IMG/VR virus record: IMGVR_UViG_3300022227_000002 | Coordinates: 20,088 to 84,087 of that record | Source: a virus | Length of the DNA: 64,000 bases | Reading direction: 5' to 3' (one strand) | In this document: positions 46,902 through 54,620 of the stretch, piece after piece | How the letters are laid out: each line of letters begins with the position of its first letter | Numbering within the stretch: position 1 is the first letter of the stretch | The notes under the pieces: generated by a model | Told to the model about the DNA's origin: nothing | Seen by the model: only the letters and a program-made list of their open reading frames with translations | The model's database searches: none | Position numbers and translations under genes: made by a program

Positions 46902-46938
46902 GTTTCTTTTTGAATTCACCAGTAACTTCAACTTGCAT
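46888..46938 (-). CDS. 16-aa micro-ORF MQVEVTGEFKKKLNLN with strong SD and its own late-promoter motif
   Basis: AAGGAG 6 nt before ATG (46950-46945) and TAAATA on the - strand near 47002-47007. Confidence 0.4.
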   Translation of the reverse strand: MQVEVTGEFKKKLNLN

Positions 46939-47008
46939 GATAGTCTCCTTTAGAGCGTTGCGTTGTTTGCTTCTGATTTACTATATTAATACGTGTACTA
47001 GTATTTAG

Positions 47009-47548
47009 TTAAGCAGATGATCCTGGATCTGGATAAGGCGCAATTCTAAGAGTCATTAAGTATTCAGGTTGTTCTATACACCACATAACTACTTTTGCTA
47101 TATAGTCTGGATCCATTTTGTGTCCAGAACCAAAAGAAGCTACCCTAGGCGTATCTACAAACCCAGGTTTGATGTTTATTATTCTACAATTACCTTTGCT
47201 ATTTTGTAATTGTTCACATGCATGATCTAACGCACATTTTTCGGTACTATAAGGCCAAATTGTGTTTTTAGTAACATCAGGACTTAAAGAACTAATTGAT
47301 ACTATTTGTTTTTTTTCTTCTTTCCATTTTTGCCATAAATGATACAATACCCAAACTTGTGCGTATTTGTCATGTGCATTATTAATAAAGACATCACAGT
47401 CTAATGCTTTTTCTATAATAGTATGAGGATCATTAATATCGTAACCATTACTTCGAGAAAATCCTATCCATTCGTGATTATTGTTATCGCAATAATTAGC
47501 TAAAGATAAGCCTATACCACTAGTGTGTCCTGTTATTCCAAATTTCAT
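47009..47548 (-). CDS. Short-chain dehydrogenase/reductase (compact SDR)
   Basis: FGITGHTSGIG, DVFINNA, IVSISS, YSTEK (YxxxK), NIKPGFVDT. Confidence 0.8.
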   Translation of the reverse strand: MKFGITGHTSGIGLSLANYCDNNNHEWIGFSRSNGYDINDPHTIIEKALDCDVFINNAHDKYAQVWVLYHLWQKWKEEKKQIVSISSLSPDVTKNTIWPYSTEKCALDHACEQLQNSKGNCRIINIKPGFVDTPRVASFGSGHKMDPDYIAKVVMWCIEQPEYLMTLRIAPYPDPGSSA

Positions 47549-47606
47549 TTATATCTAAATGTTCGTCGAGAGTGATATATTGTTGACCACCAATTCCTTT
47601 AATCAT
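47520..47606 (-). pseudogene. 28-aa ORF MIKGIGGQQYITLDEHLDINEIWNNRTH running out of frame into the SDR start (possible N-terminal remnant)
   Basis: TAAATA-N5-ATG start context; overlaps the SDR ATG in a different frame. Confidence 0.3.
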
Positions 47607-47608
47607 GC

Positions 47609-47630
47609 CAATATTTAGTGTTAAATATTG
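47609..47630. promoter_or_regulatory. Back-to-back divergent TAAATA motifs forming a perfect 9-bp inverted repeat
   Basis: CAATATTTA-gtgt-TAAATATTG between divergently oriented genes. Confidence 0.6.
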
Positions 47631-48245
47631 ATGCCGGAAAAATTCATGGATTATAAAATAATACCTTACGAAGAAAATTTAGATTTAGCTAACTTTTACC
47701 AAAATGCTAAACAAAAAGGATTCGCAAATAATAGTTCAAAAAAAATATTAATAGACTCTATTAGTAAAGAACGTGAATGGCAAGTTTGGTTTTTACAATA
47801 TAAAAATAAAATTGTAGGGTCTACTGCCGCACATTCTTTTGATGAAATGGGAGAAAACAGTTATAGAATACTAGCAAGAACTTGCGTGTTCACAGATGAA
47901 TTGCCTATTAATAATGTAAGGACTAAAAAGCAAATTGTAGAACATCAAAGTATTACACCTCAATTTTTTATGCCTGCTTGTATTGAATGGGTAGGACTTC
48001 AAGGTAAACCTTATGGGGGATATTCATTAGATAATAAAAAACTTTATATAACAACAAATGAAAATGAAGAAGGGTCACAAAAATTAGTGCATAAAATATG
48101 GGCACCTATGTTAGCAAAATCTGGTTGCTTAGAATACATTAAAGATTTTAATTATAGAAATACTCCTCAGAGTGTTTGGCGTTTAAATCCTAGGATATTT
48201 TTATCTCAATTATATAAACAAAGATTATGGAGATATAATGATTAA
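47628..48245 (+). CDS. GNAT-like acyltransferase (probable start MDYK near 47646)
   Basis: WFLQYKNKIVGSTAAHSF...YRILARTCV beta-strand pattern typical of GNAT folds. Confidence 0.4.
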   Translation: MMPEKFMDYKIIPYEENLDLANFYQNAKQKGFANNSSKKILIDSISKEREWQVWFLQYKNKIVGSTAAHSFDEMGENSYRILARTCVFTDELPINNVRTKKQIVEHQSITPQFFMPACIEWVGLQGKPYGGYSLDNKKLYITTNENEEGSQKLVHKIWAPMLAKSGCLEYIKDFNYRNTPQSVWRLNPRIFLSQLYKQRLWRYND

Positions 48246-48930
48246 CAACGATTACGAATATTATTATAATCAAGTTCCGGGTAAAGGACAATGTAGAAAT
48301 AATTTAGTTTACACTAGTTTAATAAACAGACATAAAACTGAATTTGTACAGTGGTTTTTTAATGATACATTTTATCATAATGGACATAACCAAGTAATGG
48401 ATACAGAATTAATGAATGAAAAATGGTTAAGAGAAACGAATATGTTATTAAAAATGCATAGTAAGTATCCTCAACATATACCATCAATACTTGATATAGA
48501 TTATGCAAATAAAAAAATTCATTTAGGTATAGAAGGTGTAGATTTTTGGGAACAAAGTCATAATAAAACATATGAAGATGTATTGCCTAATTGGAAAGAA
48601 CAAATGTTAGAAATAATTCAAGCACATAAAGATATTGGTATGTACAAGTATAGTCTTCATCCTAGCAGTTATTTTGTAGTAGAAGGTAAACTTAAATCTA
48701 TTAATTATTTTTTTAGTTATATGGTTCACGAACCTAAAATTACTGTTAAAGATCATTTAAGTCATATATCAAATGACAGAAAAGTAATAGTATATGAACA
48801 AATGAAAGCCATGAATATAAACGTTAATACTCCAGTATCCTTTGATAAAGCTCAACTATTATGCTTTGAAAGTTTTCGTAATAACTATCCTGATGACTTT
48901 ATTAATCAAGCAATAAGTATCTATAAATAA
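48238..48930 (+). CDS. Protein-kinase/APH-fold protein, paralog of 45561, lacking the catalytic Asp
   Basis: KWLRETNMLLKM...HIPSILDIDY, KYSLHPSSYFV in the catalytic-loop position, KSINYF in the DFG position. Confidence 0.5.
   Translation: MINNDYEYYYNQVPGKGQCRNNLVYTSLINRHKTEFVQWFFNDTFYHNGHNQVMDTELMNEKWLRETNMLLKMHSKYPQHIPSILDIDYANKKIHLGIEGVDFWEQSHNKTYEDVLPNWKEQMLEIIQAHKDIGMYKYSLHPSSYFVVEGKLKSINYFFSYMVHEPKITVKDHLSHISNDRKVIVYEQMKAMNINVNTPVSFDKAQLLCFESFRNNYPDDFINQAISIYK
48922..48929 (+). promoter_or_regulatory. Full T4 late promoter consensus TATAAATA, 5 nt before the ATG of the Tes-like radical SAM gene
   Basis: cTATAAATAattatATG. Confidence 0.65.
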
Positions 48931-48934
48931 TTAT

Positions 48935-50086
48935 ATGAACGATACAAAGACATTAAGTTTATGTCATATTTGCTATAAACATATACCAGCTGAACGTATT
49001 ACTAAAAATAATGCAGTTTATCTTATTAAAACGTGCCCTGAACACGGTCGTATGGAGTATAAGGTAGAGCATGATGTTGAATTTTACAATAATTTAGAAT
49101 ATGATAGAGAAGGTTATAGTATACCGCAAGGTATCCTGATTGAAGTAACCGATCGTTGTAATTTAAATTGTCCTCATTGTTATCATGAACCAGATAATAA
49201 AGTAGTAGACAGGTCTATTAATTCAATTTTAAAACAAATAGAAGAAAATGTACATCCTAGAACAGGTGCTGTAATACTTGCAGGTGCAGAACCTACAGTA
49301 CGTAAAGATTTACCAGAATTAGTTGAAGCTATTTGTAAACAAATAAAAGATTTAAACAGAGATCACCAGGATGTTTGTATTTTAACTAATGGTGTTAAAC
49401 TTTCTGATAGAGCTTGGGTTAAAAGAATTGCAAAAGCAGGTGCTCGAATGGTTATGATAGGATTAAATCATCCTAGTTACCAAGGCAAAACAGTACATAG
49501 AAAACAATTAGAAGGTATTGATAATTGTATTGCAGAAGGTATATTTGTTTATTACATAGGATATACATTAGGAAGTTTGGATCAAATGGAAGATGTATTA
49601 GAAGAAATTCAAAGTTTAGGATACAAAAGTTGGCAATATAGAATTAGAGCAGGTTCGGATATAGGTAGAAGTCCTGATGAACCAAGATTCTTTTTAAGTG
49701 ACCACGTAAAACTTATTAAAAGTATTTGTGATAAAAAAGGTTGGAGTTGGGAAAAGAAACCTGCTGATGATAATTTATATCATTACATGGTTAATATTAA
49801 TGGTATTAGTCATAGAATTATTCAATGGAGTGATCCTAAAACTATAGATATGGAACAATTAATGTGTGGTCCTTGGTGTAATTTTGTTCCATTAAAACCT
49901 GTAACTAACTTTTTACATCAAATAATGTTGCGTGATGCTAACGTTAATAATGGAAAACCGTTATTTGATACTGTACCTGAACGTTATATGTTTAAACCAG
50001 ACACTGTGGATTATAAAGTAACTGAATGGACGTATAAAAGTTGGGATGATTATAAAATTAAACAATCTAACCTAGTTAATCTGTAA
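48935..50086 (+). CDS. Radical SAM enzyme of the Tes/GDGT-MAS (MJ0619, COG1964)-like family with N-terminal rubredoxin-type site
   Basis: KTLSLCHICYKHIPA...KTCPEHG, IEVTDRCNLNCPHC, AGAEPTVRKDLPELV and LTNGVKL closely parallel the recalled MJ0619 motifs KTLSLCPIC..KTCPEHG, IDVTNRCNLNCPIC, AGGEPTVRSDLPELI and ATNGIKL. Confidence 0.7.
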   Translation: MNDTKTLSLCHICYKHIPAERITKNNAVYLIKTCPEHGRMEYKVEHDVEFYNNLEYDREGYSIPQGILIEVTDRCNLNCPHCYHEPDNKVVDRSINSILKQIEENVHPRTGAVILAGAEPTVRKDLPELVEAICKQIKDLNRDHQDVCILTNGVKLSDRAWVKRIAKAGARMVMIGLNHPSYQGKTVHRKQLEGIDNCIAEGIFVYYIGYTLGSLDQMEDVLEEIQSLGYKSWQYRIRAGSDIGRSPDEPRFFLSDHVKLIKSICDKKGWSWEKKPADDNLYHYMVNINGISHRIIQWSDPKTIDMEQLMCGPWCNFVPLKPVTNFLHQIMLRDANVNNGKPLFDTVPERYMFKPDTVDYKVTEWTYKSWDDYKIKQSNLVNL

Positions 50087-50549
50087 CATTATAAGTTATT
50101 GATATTACCGTAGGACTTTTAATCCAAAAATCAATTGTTTTTAAAATTGTTTCACTATCTTTATAAGAACTACTACTAATTTTTAATAATAGCAAATCTG
50201 CATTATCAGGCATTTTCCTTGATGCTAGTATTAAAAATTCTTTTTCTAATAATTTTTTTTGAAAAGCATATTCTGGATCTGGGGTATTATTATCGTCATT
50301 ATCAGTAATAACTGATCCACATACTATCATTTTTTTAACTTTAGTATGTAAGTCTTTTAAAAGATTTAGTTGTAAATGAGGATTAGGATTAGCATTGTTT
50401 ATAAACAAATCACAACCTTCTGATTCTTTTACAATTTTTTCGTAATCATAACCCGAATCAAATCCCTTAACATTGTGATTTTTTGATTTATAATAGACGT
50501 ATAATTTCTTACCAAGCCCTTTTGAGTGGCCCGTTATTCGGATTTTCAT
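50076..50549 (-). CDS. Compact SDR-like oxidoreductase
   Basis: IRITGHSKGLG, DLFINNA, YAFQK (YxxxK). Confidence 0.7.
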   Translation of the reverse strand: MKIRITGHSKGLGKKLYVYYKSKNHNVKGFDSGYDYEKIVKESEGCDLFINNANPNPHLQLNLLKDLHTKVKKMIVCGSVITDNDDNNTPDPEYAFQKKLLEKEFLILASRKMPDNADLLLLKISSSSYKDSETILKTIDFWIKSPTVISITYNVTD

Positions 50550-50558
50550 TTTAGATTA

Positions 50559-51683
50559 TTAATTTAAATCGACCCAACTTGCGCCAGTGTACCCTTGGAA
50601 TTTTGTACCTGTTGTATTAAACACTACCATACCAGCCGCCGGTGTTGCTATTGCGGCATCTCTTGCGGCGTTGTCGGCATATACTTTAAGTTGAACTGGA
50701 CCATCTACATCTAATGTACCAGCAGGACCAGTTGGATTTCCTTTGTTAATTCCTAATCTACCTAAGTAATCAAATGCTAATATTTTTTCTGTAGAACCAT
50801 TGTCTGGTGTAGTAACCATTATAATTTTACCTGGAACTTGTCCAGCACCTACAGTAGCATTTGCATCATTTTCTACTGCATATGATATAAAAGCAGATCG
50901 TCTATAAGCAGTACCATCGTGACCATTTGCAAGATTAGTGAATAATATATCTCCTTTTTGTACTACTTGTGGAGATAATAAAGAATTTCTTGAAGAGAGA
51001 TATTCAATACAATTTGAAGTTGTAGCAGTAACTCCAGCTGTAAAAATTTTATAAGCTGATAAAGTTGTAGTAGGACTGTATTGTTCTATTCCAATACCTG
51101 TTGCAGAATCAGTTCTGCTTACTTTTAATACTGTTTGGGCATTAATTAACTCAAGTGAATTTTCATTCAATACAATGTCACCGTTAGTAATAACATTTGC
51201 ATTACCATCTATTCTTAAAGTACTATCGTTAGCAAATACAGAACCATGTATATCACCGGTTACTGCACCTGTAACGTTACCAATAACTGGACCAGTATGT
51301 GTACCACCAGCACTATTACCAGTTAAATCACCTGTAACGTTTCCTGAAAGATTTCCGTTAAATGTTGTTGCAGATATTGAAGAAAAACCAGCACCAACTC
51401 CACCTGTTATTGAAGCTGTACCGTCATTAAATTTTACGCCGAAAATTTCTTTCCATAATTTAGCGGCTGTACCTATGTCTCTAGTGTTAGTTGTATCTGG
51501 AATGAAGTCTGCCGCAACGTTATTGTATTGTGATGCGACAGTAGTATCTACTGCATTACCACCTACTGTTGAAGCATCTCCTACATATAACTTTTTAGTA
51601 TCTGTAGTATAGATTATTTCACCTTCAGCGGGTGTAATACCGCTTCTTTGAGTGTCTGTTCCTCTTCGTACTTGAAAAGCCAT
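50559..51683 (-). CDS. Fibre/adhesin protein with Mtd_N-like (major tropism determinant N-terminal) domain
   Basis: MAFQVRRGT...PAEGEIIYTTDTKKLYVGD is the Mtd_N signature; ends in the fibre-tip-type module PAAGMVVFNTTGTKFQGYTGASWVDL; AAGGAG SD and two TAAATA motifs upstream. Confidence 0.7.
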   Translation of the reverse strand: MAFQVRRGTDTQRSGITPAEGEIIYTTDTKKLYVGDASTVGGNAVDTTVASQYNNVAADFIPDTTNTRDIGTAAKLWKEIFGVKFNDGTASITGGVGAGFSSISATTFNGNLSGNVTGDLTGNSAGGTHTGPVIGNVTGAVTGDIHGSVFANDSTLRIDGNANVITNGDIVLNENSLELINAQTVLKVSRTDSATGIGIEQYSPTTTLSAYKIFTAGVTATTSNCIEYLSSRNSLLSPQVVQKGDILFTNLANGHDGTAYRRSAFISYAVENDANATVGAGQVPGKIIMVTTPDNGSTEKILAFDYLGRLGINKGNPTGPAGTLDVDGPVQLKVYADNAARDAAIATPAAGMVVFNTTGTKFQGYTGASWVDLN

Positions 51684-51722
51684 TTTAAATGCTACTCCTT
51701 AATATACCTATGTTTGTAACAG

Positions 51723-51737
51723 TATTTATGATATTTA
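51723..51737 (-). promoter_or_regulatory. Tandem late-promoter cores (TAAATA x2) upstream of the Mtd_N fibre gene
   Basis: tattta at 51723-51728 and 51732-51737 on the + strand. Confidence 0.5.
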
Positions 51738-51764
51738 TCATAGGTACGGTATTACAGGACTTTG

Positions 51765-52094
51765 CTATTTGTTCTTTTTTATGAACTTATGGGTGCGTTT
51801 TTGGATGTCTTTTTTAATCTTTTGCGTATCTAGACTAAAATCCACATTTTTTATGGCCCCTGCATAGGTTCTAAATATGTCCTGTAAGGTGTTTTCTAAG
51901 TCAGCATGGGTGAAATTTTTTCTACTAGGTTTAAGCCTAATATCCCAATTTTTACCGTCTTTAAACATTACCTTTATACCTATTAGATATTGTATAGGTA
52001 TAGTTTGTACATCTAAATCGGAAAAAACTTCAGGCCAATGGGCCACAACTTCCTTGGGTAGTTTCTTTTTGTTAAACTTGACCATAACAGACAT
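51765..52094 (-). CDS. Hypothetical protein
   Basis: 109-aa ORF in a co-directional gene run. Confidence 0.6.
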   Translation of the reverse strand: MSVMVKFNKKKLPKEVVAHWPEVFSDLDVQTIPIQYLIGIKVMFKDGKNWDIRLKPSRKNFTHADLENTLQDIFRTYAGAIKNVDFSLDTQKIKKDIQKRTHKFIKKNK

Positions 52095-52098
52095 AGTT

Positions 52099-52656
52099 CT
52101 ATTCTGCTTTTTCGGTCTTGCTTTTCTTAGTAGGCGATAAAGTTTCAGCTTCTTTTCTTAATCTAGCCGCTTCTTTATATAATCTGTCAGCATCACTTCT
52201 CATTTTTGAAGCAATTTGATCATCTGTCATTACTTTTGCTGTTGGTGTTGCTACATTACTTGTAACACCTTCTTTAACAGATAATTCGTCTATAGATACA
52301 CCTCTTTGATTAGCAATAATTTTGTTTAACTCGTCCAATGCTACAGATGTTGTAGGGTTTGGTGTCATTTCTACTTCGCTTGTAGGCACACTTTGCATAT
52401 TTGCGAATTTATGAAATTTAGGTAACATTACATCTCCACTAGAAGTTCTAGTTCTGTTTAAAACTTCATAAAGTTCAAACGCAGTTTGACCTTCATTAGA
52501 CTCTACAGCTTTTATTAAAGAATCATGATCCTGAGCATTTAATTTTGCTGTTTCAATTACTAGTGCAGATTTAGAATCTCCTGGTAATGTTCTGTAAACT
52601 ACAACAACTTTTGCTTTAGACCCTTTAAGTCTGCCAACGTGTTTTGTATCAGCCAT
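52099..52656 (-). CDS. Hypothetical protein (C-terminal coiled coil)
   Basis: 185 aa, coupled to the upstream gene by TAATG. Confidence 0.6.
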   Translation of the reverse strand: MADTKHVGRLKGSKAKVVVVYRTLPGDSKSALVIETAKLNAQDHDSLIKAVESNEGQTAFELYEVLNRTRTSSGDVMLPKFHKFANMQSVPTSEVEMTPNPTTSVALDELNKIIANQRGVSIDELSVKEGVTSNVATPTAKVMTDDQIASKMRSDADRLYKEAARLRKEAETLSPTKKSKTEKAE

Positions 52657-52979
52657 TATTTTTTTCCTCCTGTTGCAACAGCCGGTTTAGCTGGTGCGGT
52701 ATCGGAACCTTTCTTTTCAAGATCCTTTTGTTGTGCTTGGACTACTTGTAAAAAAGACTCTAACTTATTAAATGTGGCGCCAACAGCCTGCATTTCATTT
52801 GCCTTGAATGCTCCTCTTTGGCAAGCCGCATCTATAATAGATTTGATAATCCCTAAATCTTGGACAGTCAAATCTGCAGAAGCACCAGGTTGTCCTGCTG
52901 GACCTTTTGGACCAACGGTACCTGCTCCTGCTGGTGCGGTTGTTTGTTTTGCCGCATCTGTTTTTGCTTGTTCAGTCAT
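52656..52979 (-). CDS. Hypothetical protein with low-complexity Ala/Gly/Pro ends
   Basis: 107 aa, GGAG SD, TAAATA at 53021-53026. Confidence 0.6.
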   Translation of the reverse strand: MTEQAKTDAAKQTTAPAGAGTVGPKGPAGQPGASADLTVQDLGIIKSIIDAACQRGAFKANEMQAVGATFNKLESFLQVVQAQQKDLEKKGSDTAPAKPAVATGGKK

Positions 52980-53023
52980 ATTAATATGTTTCTCCGTATT
53001 GTTTTAATTGTATACAAAGATAT

Positions 53024-53311
53024 TTAATGTTTAGGGAAGTGAGGGCAACTCAAATTGAATATGCTCATCTCTTTTGGATCTTCAAACCCTACCAAAATAG
53101 AATGAATAACTTGATCTGACTTATCAATCTTAATGTGATTACCAATATAATATCTGCTTTTTAGATTATCCGAAATCCAATTTTCTACAATTTTTAGATA
53201 CTCGTGACCTTTCTCAGGTAACTCTTGAAACACCATACCTTTTGGTTTTTTGGTAAATTTTCTAGCGTCTAAAAAGTTTAATGGATTTGGTATATTGGTT
53301 TTTGGAAACAT
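53024..53311 (-). CDS. Hypothetical protein
   Basis: 95 aa, coupled to the VWA gene (TAATG). Confidence 0.55.
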   Translation of the reverse strand: MFPKTNIPNPLNFLDARKFTKKPKGMVFQELPEKGHEYLKIVENWISDNLKSRYYIGNHIKIDKSDQVIHSILVGFEDPKEMSIFNLSCPHFPKH

Positions 53312-54606
53312 TATGCGTCGTAATGAGATGTAATACCAAAAGGTGCTTCTTTATTTTTATCATGATGTTCATGAAGAATCCATATTGTATCGCAATAATC
53401 AGGATCTCCCCAATCATCCCAAGGATAACCATCTGTGAATACTATTAATTTTTTAGGAACAATGTCATTGTCTTTCATATGTCTCCAATTTGCCATAAAG
53501 TCTGTACCACCGCCACCTTTAGCATCATAGTCTTCTAGACTATTATCATTAGCAGTAAAATCTTGTTCATTATAAACTTTAGTATCAAAAGACCAAATTT
53601 TAATATTATAATCTTGATATTGATCCATAATGTTTTGAATTTCTCCTAAGAAATCTTTTAATTGTCTTTCTTCAATAGAACCTGATGTGTCTATTGCTAC
53701 ACAAATATCTATTGTTTTTTGATAGTCTGTTGCAGGTAAAATTATACCTGAATGCCAAGCCTTTCTAGAAGGTCTAGCAAAAGTATAGTCGTTTCTTATA
53801 ACACTTTGTATTTGTTGTTGTAATACTTGTTTCCAATCCATTTTAGGATTAGTAAACTGTTTAATCATTCTTTTAACTTCTTCAGGTAAATTATCTGGAC
53901 CAGCCGCCTGTGCAGATTGCATTATACCTTCTTTAATTTCGTTTTTAATTTTTTCTTGTTCGTCTTTGCTTATAATAGGTTGTTTACTTTTACCATTTTT
54001 ATCTTTGTCTTTTTTACCTGCTCCACTTTCAGGACCTTTTTCCCAATCAATGTGATCATCTAATAGTTTTCCTAATTTGCTTATATCAATTTTTTTAGCA
54101 TTTTTAAATAGTTCGTCATATACTTGTTCTGATGACCAACCGTCGTATTTGTGATCTTGAAATATTTGAATGTCTTTAGGTTTTTCTCCTATTCCTTCTC
54201 TAACTAAAGTATTATTAACGAGATAGTCTGCCGCAATATTATAGAGCATTCTATTTCTATTTTCGTTTCTTTGTAAGTGATTAAAAACACAATGAAGTAT
54301 TTCGTGTCCTATTACAAATTCAATTTCTTTAGTGCTTAATTTGTGAAAAAATTCTGTATTATAATATAAATGTTTACCATCAGTAGCCGCCGTAGGACAC
54401 CACTCATCACACTCTTGGATTTTTAATCTAGTAGCCATATTACCAAAGAAAGGATGTCTTAATAGTAAACCAACTCTTGCTACAATAATTTTATCTAAAA
54501 CTTCAGTTTTTATTTGTCTATACTCGTCGTCTGTACGTTTTATAACTGGTGGTTCTTTAATTTTTTTAATTTTAGTTGTTGTTTTTATTTTAGTTTTTAA
54601 CTGCAT
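53311..54606 (-). CDS. HExxH metallopeptidase-like domain plus VWA domain protein (DUF2201-like), MoxR partner
   Basis: PTAATDG, GHEILHCVFNH (HExxH), MIDAS DTSGS, GGGGTDF, VFTDG. Confidence 0.85.
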   Translation of the reverse strand: MQLKTKIKTTTKIKKIKEPPVIKRTDDEYRQIKTEVLDKIIVARVGLLLRHPFFGNMATRLKIQECDEWCPTAATDGKHLYYNTEFFHKLSTKEIEFVIGHEILHCVFNHLQRNENRNRMLYNIAADYLVNNTLVREGIGEKPKDIQIFQDHKYDGWSSEQVYDELFKNAKKIDISKLGKLLDDHIDWEKGPESGAGKKDKDKNGKSKQPIISKDEQEKIKNEIKEGIMQSAQAAGPDNLPEEVKRMIKQFTNPKMDWKQVLQQQIQSVIRNDYTFARPSRKAWHSGIILPATDYQKTIDICVAIDTSGSIEERQLKDFLGEIQNIMDQYQDYNIKIWSFDTKVYNEQDFTANDNSLEDYDAKGGGGTDFMANWRHMKDNDIVPKKLIVFTDGYPWDDWGDPDYCDTIWILHEHHDKNKEAPFGITSHYDA

Positions 54607-54620
54607 AATTCCTTTTATGT

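Noticed and set aside
30478-50549. Island being host-chromosome DNA (a bacterial biosynthetic cluster) mis-joined to the phage
   Set aside because: The island genes use the same TAAATA motifs and tight overlaps as the phage genes, are flanked by phage fibre genes on both sides, and include no housekeeping, transporter or integrase genes.
50559-51683. Diversity-generating retroelement target, suggested by the Mtd_N domain
   Set aside because: No reverse transcriptase, no template/variable repeat pair noticed, and the C-terminus is not a C-type-lectin variable domain. A DGR elsewhere in the genome cannot be excluded.
52880-52930. Gly-X-Y stretch GTVGPKGPAGQPGAS in the 107-aa protein
   Set aside because: Only about five triplets, too short for a collagen helix; probably a low-complexity linker.
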